Shown: positions 30,851 through 41,614, numbered from the stretch's first letter. The stretch is 64,000 nt of DNA from Syntrophales bacterium (GCA_963665615.2 CAXXQE010000001.1:699151-763150); one strand, 5' to 3'. Made by a program: numbers and translations. Notes: a model not told the origin generated them from the sequence alone.

Positions 30851-31855
30851 ATGTATACGAAGAATCAAATCGTCGCTCTTCTGAAAGAGACGGACGAGAG
30901 CGTTGTCAAAGAGCTGCTTCAGGAAGCCGATCGTGTTCGACATGAGTGCGTCGGCGATGCAGTCCATCTTCGCGGGCTTATCGAATTTTCGAATTACTGC
31001 CGCAGGGACTGCCTTTTTTGCGGACTCCGCCGGAGCAACAAGAAGCGCGAACGCTACAGGATGCCGGTCGAGGAAATTCTCGAAACCGCTCGCGAGGCCC
31101 ATGACATGGGCTTCAAGACCCTTGTCCTTCAGTCCGGCGAGGCCGACACCTATCCGATCGAGGCGCTTGGTGGTCTGCTTCGAGATATCAAGTCGGAAAC
31201 AGGCATTGCCGCGACGCTGTCGATCGGCGAACACTCCTACGACGACTACAAGCGCCTTCGCGAAGCCGGGGCGGACCGTTTTCTGCTGCGCTTCGAGACA
31301 TCGGACCGGGAACTCTTCAAGCGTCTGAAACCCGATTCCGATTACGACCAGCGTTTTCAGTGTCTGAGTTGGTTGCGGGAACTGGGGTATCAAGTCGGTT
31401 CCGGGATCATGGTCGGACTGCCCGGTCAGACGCTCGAGAGCATTGCCGACGACATCCTGCTCTTCAAGGATCTGGCTCTCGACATGATCGGTCTGGGACC
31501 TTTCATCTCCAATCCCGATACGCCGCTGGCCGGCACCGCGAACGGATCGCTCGATCTGGTGCTGCGTGTAACCGCGCTGACGCGAATCGTGACCCGCAAT
31601 ACGCATATCCCTGCAACGACGGCTACCGGTACGATCGATCCCGAGGGAAGACAGAAGGCCCTCCAGTGCGGCGCCAATGTCCTGATGCCGAATCTTACGC
31701 CGCTCAAGTACAAGAAGAATTACTTGCTCTATCCTGATAAGATCTGCATCGACGAGGATGGCTCGAAATGCCGGTTTTGTACGGAGAGCATGGTATTGGA
31801 GCTTGGACGGACGATCTCTCCGGATGCCGGTCACAGTCTGAAGCGCAGGGGGTAA
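30851..31855 (+). CDS. hydE: [FeFe]-hydrogenase maturation radical SAM enzyme
   Basis: RGLIEFSNYCRRDCLFCGLR, IPATTA, GANVLMPNLTP..YLLYPDK. Confidence 0.95.
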   Translation: MYTKNQIVALLKETDESVVKELLQEADRVRHECVGDAVHLRGLIEFSNYCRRDCLFCGLRRSNKKRERYRMPVEEILETAREAHDMGFKTLVLQSGEADTYPIEALGGLLRDIKSETGIAATLSIGEHSYDDYKRLREAGADRFLLRFETSDRELFKRLKPDSDYDQRFQCLSWLRELGYQVGSGIMVGLPGQTLESIADDILLFKDLALDMIGLGPFISNPDTPLAGTANGSLDLVLRVTALTRIVTRNTHIPATTATGTIDPEGRQKALQCGANVLMPNLTPLKYKKNYLLYPDKICIDEDGSKCRFCTESMVLELGRTISPDAGHSLKRRG

Positions 31856-31968
31856 ATAGCGGTTGACACCACAGTGACAGGCTACAGGCAACAAGCAAAA
31901 AAACAAACAGTGACTTTGCGGCGCTTTAAAGGCGGCTGAGTTGCTAACATAGCTAGAAGGATAGAAAT

Positions 31969-32802
31969 ATGTCATTCAAATTTCAATCAGGTCTTTTCTA
32001 CAGGATGCCGGTTGTCTTCGGTCCGAGTCTGGGACCGAGGCAGCGGGAATCGAAACATACGCTTTTCAGTACGGATGGACCCAGGGCTACCGTTATCACC
32101 GTCCGGTTTCTGTCGGACCCGGGTCAGCTGAAGGCCCTGCTGCCGGAGGGATTTACGCTGGCCGGCGATCCGGTTGTTTCCGTTCGGGCCACATATCTCA
32201 AGGAGATCCCGTGGCTGGCGGGGCGCGGCTACAACCATCTGGGGGTCTCGTTTCCGGTTGAGTTCAAAGGCAATAAGGACTGTGTTCGGGGAGAGTTTCT
32301 GACAGTGCTCTGGGAAAACCTTTGCGATCCGATCATCACAGGCCGGGAAGAACTGGGTTACTCAAAAATCTACTGCGAGCTGCCGGAGCCCGTTGTCGAT
32401 GGAGAAACCACGCGGTGTGAAGCGGGGTGGTTGGGTTTCAAGTTCATGGATCTGAGTATAAACGATCTCAAGGTCGCCACAGCGGAGGAGATGGCAAGGC
32501 TCGCCGACCCGCAGTCACAGGGTGTTCTTCACTACAAGTACATGCCCCGGACGGAAGACTGGGGAACGCCTGACGCCGCCTACGCGACCCTGACACCGGC
32601 TGCGGATGCCTGTAAGACAGTGACCGAGCGCTGGATCGGGAAGGGTACGGTGGCCTTCCATGAGGCGACCTGGGAACAGTTGCCGACGCTGTACCGTATC
32701 GTCAATACGCTTCATGCCTTTGAGATCAGTCAGTGGCTGGAAGCCAGTGTGGTCAAAACGGTCGGCGCCAAAGACTACAGCGATCAGTGCATCCTTACCT
32801 GA
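31969..32802 (+). CDS. Acetoacetate decarboxylase-like family protein
   Basis: YRMPVVFGP N-terminus; PIITGREELGYSK with the Schiff-base Lys position. Confidence 0.8.
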   Translation: MSFKFQSGLFYRMPVVFGPSLGPRQRESKHTLFSTDGPRATVITVRFLSDPGQLKALLPEGFTLAGDPVVSVRATYLKEIPWLAGRGYNHLGVSFPVEFKGNKDCVRGEFLTVLWENLCDPIITGREELGYSKIYCELPEPVVDGETTRCEAGWLGFKFMDLSINDLKVATAEEMARLADPQSQGVLHYKYMPRTEDWGTPDAAYATLTPAADACKTVTERWIGKGTVAFHEATWEQLPTLYRIVNTLHAFEISQWLEASVVKTVGAKDYSDQCILT

Positions 32803-32818
32803 CGTCTAACGTCTGCAG

Positions 32819-33679
32819 TCACGAGGCTTGCGCCGACAGGGCCTCCAGGTCGGGGGCGCTGTGGCGAGAGCCCTTCATGGCCGTGTAGCGTTTGCGCAGA
32901 TCCCTGAGGCTCTGTTCCTTGTCCCCTCGCGAAGCAGGCGTCAGGAATGACGAGAGCCTTTTTTCCAGTTTGAAGAGATTTTGTTCCTTGCCGATTTCGA
33001 TAATTCCGTCGGTCATGATACTCTGCATGAAGAGTTCCTTCTGTGTTCTGGCGTGAATGCTTTCTGCGAGCGGTACGAGGATGTAGTAACTGAGAACGGT
33101 TCCGTAGAGTGTGGAGGTCAGCGCCACAGGGATCGTCTTGAGAATGACGCCCGGTTCGCTCACGCCGTAGAGCATGCCGATCAGTCCAATGATGCTGCCG
33201 GCAACGCCGAATCCCGGTGCCATTTGGGCGGCAGTCCGAAAGACCCGCTCAGAAAGTTGCCGCCTGTTTTTAAAGTAGTACATCTCGTTGTGAAGGATCT
33301 CTCTTATCTCATCTTCGCGGTAGCCGTCCACAAGGAGTCCCAGGGCATTTTTCAGAAATAAAATCTGATGGGTGTGCTCCAGTTTTTCCAGAGTGAGAAT
33401 GCCATCCGCCCTAGACCGGACCGAAAGGTCCAGGAGGATGTGGACGATCTGATCCGGCGAATCCAACGCGTCTTTCCGGTAGGTGTTGACGGCGACCTTA
33501 AAGGCGTTTTTCAACCGTTCATAGGGAAAGCTGAAGAAGGCGGCGCCGATCGTGCCGGAGGCCACGACGAGAAAACTGATCACGTTGAAATATAGGACGC
33601 GTCCTCCTTCGCCATAAAAGAAACATCCCACAAAAATCGCCGAGCAAATCAGTCCGCCAAGTATGTTGTGTCTAATCAT
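32819..33679 (-). CDS. motA: MotA/PomA-family ion-channel stator subunit
   Basis: RADGILTLE, LGLLVDG, APGFGVAGSIIGLI, ALTSTLYG. Confidence 0.85.
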   Translation of the reverse strand: MIRHNILGGLICSAIFVGCFFYGEGGRVLYFNVISFLVVASGTIGAAFFSFPYERLKNAFKVAVNTYRKDALDSPDQIVHILLDLSVRSRADGILTLEKLEHTHQILFLKNALGLLVDGYREDEIREILHNEMYYFKNRRQLSERVFRTAAQMAPGFGVAGSIIGLIGMLYGVSEPGVILKTIPVALTSTLYGTVLSYYILVPLAESIHARTQKELFMQSIMTDGIIEIGKEQNLFKLEKRLSSFLTPASRGDKEQSLRDLRKRYTAMKGSRHSAPDLEALSAQAS

Positions 33680-34446
33680 TGGACAACCCGTTCATCTTTC
33701 ATGGTGTCTACGTTGTTCTGGACAAAGATCTCGACCCGTCTGTTATGGGCCTTGTTTTCTTCGGTCGAATTAGGCGCAGCAGGTCGATACATCGAGCGAC
33801 CCACGACCGAAAACCTCGCAGGGTCCAGTCCCGTCTCTTCAATTAAAAATCTCGCGATCGTTACCGCCCGTATAGTGGACAGCTCCCAGTTGGTAGGAAA
33901 TGCCGCCGAGTGAATCGGCGAGTCGTCCGTATGCCCTTCGATCCGGATGGCCGATCGTTCCTTTTTCACAATCTCTGAAAACTTCTTCAGAAAGGCGATC
34001 CCCTCCGGCTTGATCGTGGCTTTTCCCGAATCGAAAAAGAGCGAATCGCTGGCGCTGAGCTTGATCGGTTGATCCCTCTCGATGGAAACGGAAACCAGTT
34101 GGTTGCCTCCGGCATGGAGGCTCTTGCCCAGTTCACGGAACTTTTCCGCGGCATCTTGAGGGGCTACCTTGCGAACATCGGACGCGGCCACTATCGGTTT
34201 TACGGCGATGGCTGCAACCACATCCCGTTTCGAGAGGGAATAGATGAATAACACCGCGAACGTGACAAAAACGATCATCATGATGTCTGCCCATGGTACA
34301 GACCAATGCGGCAGGGCAGGCGAATCTTCATTTTCGAGAATGCTCTTTACGGAAAGGACTGAAGCCGGATGAGGCATTCCGATATAGCTTTTCCTTGGGC
34401 CCATGGATTTTTCGATGTCGATTATTTCAGACCGGGTATTTCTCAT
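33676..34446 (-). CDS. motB: MotB/PomB-family stator subunit with OmpA-like peptidoglycan-binding domain (alternative GTG start 34479)
   Basis: WSVPWADIMM TM with conserved Asp; IEGHTD, NWELSTIRA, NRRVEI. Confidence 0.87.
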   Translation of the reverse strand: MRNTRSEIIDIEKSMGPRKSYIGMPHPASVLSVKSILENEDSPALPHWSVPWADIMMIVFVTFAVLFIYSLSKRDVVAAIAVKPIVAASDVRKVAPQDAAEKFRELGKSLHAGGNQLVSVSIERDQPIKLSASDSLFFDSGKATIKPEGIAFLKKFSEIVKKERSAIRIEGHTDDSPIHSAAFPTNWELSTIRAVTIARFLIEETGLDPARFSVVGRSMYRPAAPNSTEENKAHNRRVEIFVQNNVDTMKDERVVQ

Positions 34447-34497
34447 GCGTTTTTCATTGTCCTTTTCAGGGCCGTACACGATGCGAATTCACATTAC

Positions 34498-34513
34498 AGC
34501 AATGCGCGTGCCA
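34498..34513 (-). promoter_or_regulatory. Sigma54 (-24/-12) promoter of motB-motA
   Basis: Minus strand TGGCAC-GCGCA-TTGCT, full consensus. Confidence 0.85.
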
Positions 34514-34956
34514 TCAGGACGGCGAACGAGGAAGATATATAACATCTCAAGATTAAAAATGATTTAAAGTAACTCTCCATTTTCATACCGGCCCGTTTGG
34601 GTGTGAGGAGATACCTTCTTGCCCCATGTCCTTCACCGAGGCGGTAAAGTCTTCCCGGTCGATGCAGGTATCGTAAAGAGTCGAACTGTTTTGTTGGTTG
34701 TATCTAAAAACGAGACAGCGCACCGATGGTCATTTGTGATGCTTGAGAAGCAGCATGGACGCCTCTGAAAGGGGATTTGTGAATAATATAATAATAACAT
34801 CTAGATATCTCTATTTGCAAAAGTCAATTCGAGGCCAAGTTGCTAAGGCGCATTGGCATATTTATGGCATTGCATAGGTATCTCTAAAAAGATTGCACAT
34901 CGTAAGACGCGCCATCCGATCGATAAGAGGTTGTAACGATTAATAACTTCAAGACG

Positions 34957-35036
34957 TTGAAGACAGTAAGGCGTGCATTGCTCACTGCTTCCTTATGTAT
35001 TGGAGAAGCACCGAACTTCGCTAGGTGAGTCTTCAA
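34957..35036. repeat. Shortened copy of the MITE-like element
   Basis: Ends TTGAAGAC...GTCTTCAA (8-bp inverted repeat); GGTGAGTCTTCAA shared with 44604-44616. Confidence 0.6.
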
Positions 35037-35083
35037 AGAAGCGATTCAGCTAATAGAGGTGTCAGCAGATAAGTGAGGTAAAG

Positions 35084-38000
35084 ATGGCCAGCGAGCATCC
35101 CGAATACGAAAAAATAAAAGAGGAACTAATTAACGCATCGGCCCGGGCAACAGCGCTCATGCTGTCAGTTCAAACCGGCATTATTCTCGTTCGAGCAGCA
35201 GACCGGATGATTGTAGAGGTCAATGATACAGCTGCCAGGGTGATTGGTGTGACGCCGGAAGCGCTCGTTGGGCAGGTTTGTCATAACCGTATCTGTCCTG
35301 TCGAGAGAGGACAATGCCCTGTTCTTGATCTTGGACAGTGCATCGACCATTCGGAGCGTTTTATCTGCCAAGCCAATGGAGAATGCATCCCGGTTCTACA
35401 AACGGCGATTAGGGTTCAAATAAATGGTCAGGAGCACTTGCTTGAGAACTTTATCGACATCACCGTGAGCAAGGATCTGGAGCGACAGTTGAGAGAGAAG
35501 ACCGATGAACTGGATCGCTATCTTATGACGAGTCCGGATCCCAGTTGTACCATTGGCGTTGATGGACGTTTTGTCAGGTTAAACACTCAGTGGGAAAAGG
35601 TCCTGGGTTATTCTCTGACCGAACTGGAGGATAGATCGGCTTTGGATTTTGTTCATCCGGAGGATTACGACAGGGCATGCGCTGCCTTTGCCCGACTCAA
35701 TAGTTGTGAAGATATGCTTAAGCTGCAAGCGAGATTTCGATGTCGAAACGGCGCCTATCGTTGGATGGATTGGCACCTGCGCCCCAAGGGAGACAGGTTG
35801 TATGCCGTCGCCCAGGACATCACGCCCCGAAAAAAAATGGAGGAAACGCTTCGCGCCAGTGAGGAAAAGTACCGGCTGCTTGTCGAGAACAGTCATGATA
35901 TTATTTTCGGCCTGACGACAGGAGGCATCTTCGCTTTTGTGTCGAAAAGTTGGACATTTCAACTGGGGTATCCGATCGACGATGTCGTCGGCAGACATCT
36001 CCAAGAATATATTCATCCTGACGACCGCTCCGTGTGGGCCAGCTTTATTCATGAGATCCTTGCATCGCAGCAACGGGGTCATGGTGTCGAGTACCGCGTC
36101 ATGCATCGTGACGGCTCATGGCGGTGGCATAAAACCAATGGCGCTGCGCTGCGCGATGATGCAGGACGAATAATCGGCCTTCAGGGAAATGCCTGCGACA
36201 TTACCGAGCAGAAACAGGCGGAGGAAGGACTCCGAAAAATCAATCGACAGCTGAAAATAAAAACCCTCTTGGCAAGGGATATGGCGGTACGCGCACAGAT
36301 GGCCAGCGCCGCAAAGAGTGAATTTCTGGCCAATATGAGTCATGAAATTCGCACCCCGATGAATGGCGTCATCGGCATGATCGGATTGTTGTTGGATACG
36401 GATCTGAATAATCATCAGCAGCATTATGCGGAAGTTATCCGTTCCAGCGCGGAGTCTCTTCTTGGCATTATGAATGATATTCTTGATTTTACAAAGATCG
36501 AGGCGGGTAAGCTGGATATAGAAAATCTGGAATTCGATCTCAATGATATGATGGAAGATTTTGCGACAAGTGTTGCCTGGCGGGCTCACGCAAAGGGATT
36601 GGAGTTGATTTGCGGCTTGGACCAGGGCGTTACGACGCGGTTATGGGGAGATCCGGGGCGTTTGCGCCAAATCCTCAATAACCTGATGGACAATGCCATC
36701 AAGTTCACGGAAAGGGGCGAGATCGTCCTGGGCGTCCGAGGGCAATCGGACAGAAGTGGGTCGTTCTTGTTGCGGTTCCATGTCCGTGACACCGGCATCG
36801 GTATTCCGAAGGACAAGCAGAATCATCTTTTTCAGAAATTTTTTAAGATTGATACCTCTACAACACGCCGTTACAGCGGCGCCGGCTTGGGGTTGGCCAT
36901 CTCAAAGCGCCTTGCGGAAATGATGGGAGGCGTGATCGGTGTCGAGAGTCAGGAGGGGATCGGATCAGAGTTCTGGTTTACTGCACGTCTTGAAAATCAG
37001 GAGCAAGAGGAAGGAGTTGAAAGTCACCCTGAGACGAAGATAGATGCCCGTATCCTGGTTGTTGACGACAATGCAACGTATCGACGTTTTCTAACCGAAC
37101 ATCTGGTCGCTTGGGGCGCTTATGTGGCAGAGGCCAGCGACGGCCCTCAGGCATTAGACATGCTGGATCGGACCATCGACGGGGGGCAGCGGTATGACTG
37201 GGTTCTAATCGACCGTAAGATGCCGGGAATGGACGGGATCGCGCTGGGACGGCGGTTGCGCGACAATCCGCGCTTTGCAGACATTCGGACTATTCTGATG
37301 AGCTCTGCCGGGACGTGCGATGATCTGATGCCAACAGAAGAAGGACTCGTATTTTCCGCTGTTCTCGCTAAACCGCTGCGCCTTCAGGGGTTGAAGGCGC
37401 TCCTGACGTCGATAGCACGTCAGGAGGGTACTTTAGCGAGTGGTTGCTTGTCGCCGGCTTATTCTAAGCTCACGTTGGTTGTCAATAATGACGTCATAGA
37501 GAAATTCAGGACTTATTTTTCTGGATGCCATGCCAGAATATTGATTGCGGAAGATAATATCACCAATCAGCAGGTGGCGCTGAGCATCCTGCGCAAATTC
37601 GGCCTCTATGCCGATGCAGTTGCCAACGGTCAGGAAGTGATCAGTGCACTCGAGACGATTCCGTACGACCTGGTGCTGATGGATATTCAGATGCCCGTGA
37701 TGGACGGCTATGAAGCGACGCGACTGATACGATCGACGGAGTCAAAGGTTCTCTATCGTCATATCCCCCTTATTGCCATAACGGCACACGCCATGCGGAG
37801 GGATCAGGAGAGATGCATTGCAAATGGAATGGATGATTATATCAGCAAACCTGTTGGCCCGCGGGCGGTTGGTGAAATATTGATGAAATGGCTGCCTTCG
37901 AAACCCCATATTGCTCTGCCAGCGCCCTGTTCAGAAGAAGAGGAGAACAGGACTTGGAATAGCGCGAGAATGATGGAGCGTCTCATGAACGATGAAGCGT

Positions 38001-38299
38001 TGGCTGAGCGCGTCGTGGTGTCTTTCAGGACAGACATTCCGAACCAGATTCGTCTCTTGAAAGATTTTATCGATACGCGTAATCTGGAAGCAGTCGAGCG
38101 CCAGGCCCACCTCATTCGAGGAGCGGCCGCCAATGTGGACGGCGACGACCTGCGGGAAGGCGCCCTTGAAATGGAAAAGGCCGCGAAAACCGGCGATATC
38201 GACCTGTTGAGGGCGCTTTTCCATGATATTGAGATCCGGTTTGAATCGTTGGCTGCGGCCATGGATCGGAGAGAATGGCCCGCGAACGCGCAAGCATGA
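35084..38299 (+). CDS. Cytoplasmic hybrid sensor histidine kinase (3xPAS-HisKA-HATPase-REC-REC-Hpt)
   Basis: FLANMSHEIRTPMNG, DTGIGI, GAGLGL, two receiver domains, AHLIRGAA Hpt. Confidence 0.95.
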   Translation: MASEHPEYEKIKEELINASARATALMLSVQTGIILVRAADRMIVEVNDTAARVIGVTPEALVGQVCHNRICPVERGQCPVLDLGQCIDHSERFICQANGECIPVLQTAIRVQINGQEHLLENFIDITVSKDLERQLREKTDELDRYLMTSPDPSCTIGVDGRFVRLNTQWEKVLGYSLTELEDRSALDFVHPEDYDRACAAFARLNSCEDMLKLQARFRCRNGAYRWMDWHLRPKGDRLYAVAQDITPRKKMEETLRASEEKYRLLVENSHDIIFGLTTGGIFAFVSKSWTFQLGYPIDDVVGRHLQEYIHPDDRSVWASFIHEILASQQRGHGVEYRVMHRDGSWRWHKTNGAALRDDAGRIIGLQGNACDITEQKQAEEGLRKINRQLKIKTLLARDMAVRAQMASAAKSEFLANMSHEIRTPMNGVIGMIGLLLDTDLNNHQQHYAEVIRSSAESLLGIMNDILDFTKIEAGKLDIENLEFDLNDMMEDFATSVAWRAHAKGLELICGLDQGVTTRLWGDPGRLRQILNNLMDNAIKFTERGEIVLGVRGQSDRSGSFLLRFHVRDTGIGIPKDKQNHLFQKFFKIDTSTTRRYSGAGLGLAISKRLAEMMGGVIGVESQEGIGSEFWFTARLENQEQEEGVESHPETKIDARILVVDDNATYRRFLTEHLVAWGAYVAEASDGPQALDMLDRTIDGGQRYDWVLIDRKMPGMDGIALGRRLRDNPRFADIRTILMSSAGTCDDLMPTEEGLVFSAVLAKPLRLQGLKALLTSIARQEGTLASGCLSPAYSKLTLVVNNDVIEKFRTYFSGCHARILIAEDNITNQQVALSILRKFGLYADAVANGQEVISALETIPYDLVLMDIQMPVMDGYEATRLIRSTESKVLYRHIPLIAITAHAMRRDQERCIANGMDDYISKPVGPRAVGEILMKWLPSKPHIALPAPCSEEEENRTWNSARMMERLMNDEALAERVVVSFRTDIPNQIRLLKDFIDTRNLEAVERQAHLIRGAAANVDGDDLREGALEMEKAAKTGDIDLLRALFHDIEIRFESLAAAMDRREWPANAQA

Positions 38300-38311
38300 A
38301 AGGAGAAGGCA

Positions 38312-38710
38312 ATGAAGAGTCTTATCGTGGAGGACGATTTTACAAGTCGGTTGATTCTTCAGGAAATACTAAAGGTCTACGGGCCCGCCCACATTGCGGT
38401 CAACGGACGCGAAGCGGTTGACGCAGTCGAAGCGGCGTTGAATGCGTCAGCCCCCTATGATCTCGTGTGCCTGGACATTATGATGCCGGAGATGGACGGC
38501 CAAGAGGCCCTGACGAAGATTCGTTCTCTGGAGGAGGCCCGCGGCATCTTATCCACAAACGGCTCAAAAATCTTCATGACCACGGCGTTGGAAGAGCCTC
38601 GTGACGTTGTCACGGCCTTTAAAGGTCTCTGCGACGCCTATATTGTCAAGCCCATCGTCAAGGGTCGTCTGTTGGCAGAGCTCAGACGATTCAATCTGAT
38701 CGGCCAATAG
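38312..38710 (+). CDS. Single-domain response regulator (CheY-like)
   Basis: LIVEDD, CLDIMMPEMDG, YIVKP. Confidence 0.93.
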   Translation: MKSLIVEDDFTSRLILQEILKVYGPAHIAVNGREAVDAVEAALNASAPYDLVCLDIMMPEMDGQEALTKIRSLEEARGILSTNGSKIFMTTALEEPRDVVTAFKGLCDAYIVKPIVKGRLLAELRRFNLIGQ

Positions 38711-38757
38711 CGTTTGCGGTCCTTTGCCAGAGGACGGCAAGACAATCGTCTTCTCTC

Positions 38758-40065
38758 CTATTTAACCAGATTGGAAAAGACCAGCACCGTCCAGTAGGGA
38801 GAAAGCATCAGCAGGATGATGGCGATGATATAGGACGGGATATAGTAGGCGCTTCCCCTGAAAACCGTTCCCAAGGGGATGTCCTTGGCCATGCCCGCCA
38901 CGACGTAACAGCAGATGCCGATAGGCGGCATGATGGAACCCATCGTCGTGACGATCGTGATGACTTGACCGAACCAGATCGGATCGTAACCCATCTGCAC
39001 CACGAGGGGATAGAAGATTGGCAGCGACACCAGCAGAAAGGCCAGAGCGTCCATGATGCAGCCGCCGATGATGTAGCAAAGCAGGATCACCCAGAGCAGT
39101 ATCCAATTCGGAAGTCCCAGGGTACTGATAAACCCTGCCGCCTCGAAGGGCAAGCGGGTCAGCGTGAGGAAGCGTCCGAAGATGACGGCGCCCGCGATAA
39201 TCATGAAGACCATACAGGAAATTCTCAGGGTATCTACAATTGACGCAATAAAGCCTTTCCATGTAAGCTTCCGACGTACCAGACAGATCGCGAGGGCCAG
39301 TGTGCAACTCACTGCCGCAGCCTCCGTTGCCGTGACGATGCCTGTGAAGAGCGCGTACATGATCACTAAAAAGAGCACCAGGATGTCGAGCGCCTCGGGT
39401 AGCGCCTGAAAGCGCTGACGCCATGTGCTTCTCTCTCCCTTCGGACCCCAGGATGGATTGCGCCAACAGATGTAATAGACCGTGGCGGCAATCAACACGG
39501 TTAGAATGACGCTGGGGACGATATTGCCGAAAAAGAGCTTGCCGATGGACTGGCCCGTATAGAGACCGTAAACCACAAGCACGATGCTGGGGGGAATCAG
39601 CACGCCCAACGTTGCTCCTGCTGCAACACTTCCGGCGTTGAGCATCGGGTGGTAGCCGTATTTCTTCATCGATGGGATCGCCACCTTACTCATGGTGGCC
39701 GCAGTTGCCGTATTGGAGCCGCTGATGGCGGAGAAAGCAGCAGACGCCATGATGGTGGTGATGGCAAGGCCGCCCTTGCGATGGCCGAACCACCGGTGAG
39801 TCGCGTGGTAGAGGCTATCATTATAACCTGCGTAATGAATGAACTCCCCTACGAGGATGAACATGGGTATAACGGTCAGACCATAATTGGAAAAGATGTT
39901 CCAAAGTTCTGAGCCGATCATGCCGCAGGCGGCCTGGATGGACGTAACATAGGCGATGCCGCAGAAGCCGACGATTGCCATCGTGAACCCCGCCGGTATC
40001 CGGAGGAGAAAGAGAACGGCAAACATGATACCGATGCCGTAAACGCCGATCATTGCCTCATTCAT
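38758..40065 (-). CDS. dctM: TRAP transporter large permease
   Basis: FSAISGS, GATLGVLIPPS, TATEAAA, DPIWFG. Confidence 0.93.
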   Translation of the reverse strand: MNEAMIGVYGIGIMFAVLFLLRIPAGFTMAIVGFCGIAYVTSIQAACGMIGSELWNIFSNYGLTVIPMFILVGEFIHYAGYNDSLYHATHRWFGHRKGGLAITTIMASAAFSAISGSNTATAATMSKVAIPSMKKYGYHPMLNAGSVAAGATLGVLIPPSIVLVVYGLYTGQSIGKLFFGNIVPSVILTVLIAATVYYICWRNPSWGPKGERSTWRQRFQALPEALDILVLFLVIMYALFTGIVTATEAAAVSCTLALAICLVRRKLTWKGFIASIVDTLRISCMVFMIIAGAVIFGRFLTLTRLPFEAAGFISTLGLPNWILLWVILLCYIIGGCIMDALAFLLVSLPIFYPLVVQMGYDPIWFGQVITIVTTMGSIMPPIGICCYVVAGMAKDIPLGTVFRGSAYYIPSYIIAIILLMLSPYWTVLVFSNLVK

Positions 40066-40564
40066 AGGACAATTTCTCCTCCTGATCTTCTGCTTTCAGA
40101 AATACCTTGAGCAAATCGACAACAGCTGAGAGCGCCAGAAAGGCGAAGCCCAGCGCCACACCGAAGACAAAGGGGTGATACGCCATCTTCAGCGTCTCTG
40201 AAAGCTCTCCGGTCTCCGATATCTTTGTTCCCCAGAGAAAGGTTTGCCGGGAAACAACGGCAAAGAATGCGGCAATCAAAAAGAAGGAGACCATATCGAC
40301 AAGCCGTCTGGGGCCTGGAGAAAACTTCTCCGAGAGAATATCGACCACAATGTGATCGCGGTGTCTTTGCGTGTAACCGAGCGCCGATGCCGTTACGAGT
40401 GCACCCAGAAAAGAGATGATCTCATAAGAACCGCTGAAGGGAACGTGAAAGATTCTCAAGGCGACATTAACCGTGGCCAGGAACATCACGGCCAGAAGGG
40501 CAATGCCGCCTGTGACCATTAAAAGCCTGTTAAAATAAAGATCGAACCGGTCCAGATATTTCAT
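40058..40564 (-). CDS. dctQ: TRAP transporter small permease
   Basis: 4 TM segments, HIVVDIL motif; lies between dctP and dctM. Confidence 0.9.
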   Translation of the reverse strand: MKYLDRFDLYFNRLLMVTGGIALLAVMFLATVNVALRIFHVPFSGSYEIISFLGALVTASALGYTQRHRDHIVVDILSEKFSPGPRRLVDMVSFFLIAAFFAVVSRQTFLWGTKISETGELSETLKMAYHPFVFGVALGFAFLALSAVVDLLKVFLKAEDQEEKLSYE

Positions 40565-40582
40565 ATTGATCGCCTGTAAATT

Positions 40583-41614
40583 TTATTTGTACTGCTTTTC
40601 GTACTTTACCTTCAGGGCTGTTACGTCTTTGATGATCTTTTCGCCGGGAAGACCCTGAGCAGAGACGCGCTTGACGTATTCCTGGATCATGGGGTTCAGG
40701 AGCTTCGAGATTTCTGTTTTATCAACGGCGGACAGGCTAATGACCTTATGGCTGTACTTCTCCTTCGACCATGCCAAGGCCTCTTGAACATGATTGTCGA
40801 CGTAACTGCCCGTCCACTGGGCCTGTTCTACGCGCAGATCGTCCAGGACTTTCTTAACGTTGGCCGGCAGGGCGTTCCATTTATCCAGGTTCATCACCAC
40901 CGCGAAGGAGACGACGAAGAGGTTGGTATCCGTGGCATAGGGACAGTAGGCCGCAAAGTTGAAGTCCTTCAGGATCTCCATCGAGGAGACCATGCCTTTG
41001 ACGACGCCCTTCTGAATGGCCTCAGGGGTTTCAGATTGCGGCATGGCAACGGGAACGGCCCCCAGTCTCTTGACGATCTCCGCGCCCGTTCCCGACACGC
41101 GCACTTCCATGCCCTTCAGGTCGTTCAGCGATTTAACCGGTTTGCTCGTCATGAAATCCGCTGGCGGACAGGTGAAGAGGGTTAGGATCTTGACCTTCTC
41201 GAATTCCTTCGGTTTGTACTTTTCGATCAGGTCATAGAGGACAAGGCTTGCAACACGGGAGCTTTTGAAGCCGAGGGGGAGATCGACGGCTTCGGAAACG
41301 GGAAAGCGGCCGGGCTGGTAGCTCATGGCGAAATTACCGATATCCGCCGTTCCGGAGATCACCCCGTCAAAAATGTTTTTTGCGGCCAGCAAGGTTCCAC
41401 CTGGGAAGGTCTGGATCTTAACCTCGCCATTGGTCCGCTTCTCAACTTCCTTGGCCCATCGCTCCATCTGAACGCACGGGAAAGTAGCAGCCGGCGGGAA
41501 GTTGGCGTAGGTCAGCTTGATCTGCTGAGCGGCTTGTGTCGCCGTCGGCAGGATGACAACAGCCACAAAAAACGCCAGCGTCGCAATGAAAATTTTACTC
41601 GCACAGGTTTTCAT
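40583..41614 (-). CDS. dctP: TRAP transporter substrate-binding protein
   Basis: Signal peptide; EKRTNGEVKI, DLKGMEVR, AIQKGVV. Confidence 0.92.
   Translation of the reverse strand: MKTCASKIFIATLAFFVAVVILPTATQAAQQIKLTYANFPPAATFPCVQMERWAKEVEKRTNGEVKIQTFPGGTLLAAKNIFDGVISGTADIGNFAMSYQPGRFPVSEAVDLPLGFKSSRVASLVLYDLIEKYKPKEFEKVKILTLFTCPPADFMTSKPVKSLNDLKGMEVRVSGTGAEIVKRLGAVPVAMPQSETPEAIQKGVVKGMVSSMEILKDFNFAAYCPYATDTNLFVVSFAVVMNLDKWNALPANVKKVLDDLRVEQAQWTGSYVDNHVQEALAWSKEKYSHKVISLSAVDKTEISKLLNPMIQEYVKRVSAQGLPGEKIIKDVTALKVKYEKQYK

Noticed and set aside
31880..31950. Possible c-di-GMP (GEMM) riboswitch before the Adc-like gene
   Set aside because: Only a loose resemblance at the 3' end; the GAAA-tetraloop hairpin is missing
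28668..31975. Long antisense ORFs (287-390 aa) opposite hydF, hydG and hydE, and similar ones elsewhere
   Set aside because: Shadow frames of well-supported GC-rich genes; no motifs
32819..34446. Zorya anti-phage ZorAB
   Set aside because: The MotA homolog lacks the long ZorA tail and no zorC/D/E genes are adjacent
34854..34869. Sigma54 promoter for the hybrid kinase (TGGCAT-ATTTA-TGGCA)
   Set aside because: The -12 element deviates from consensus; too weak to call without TSS data
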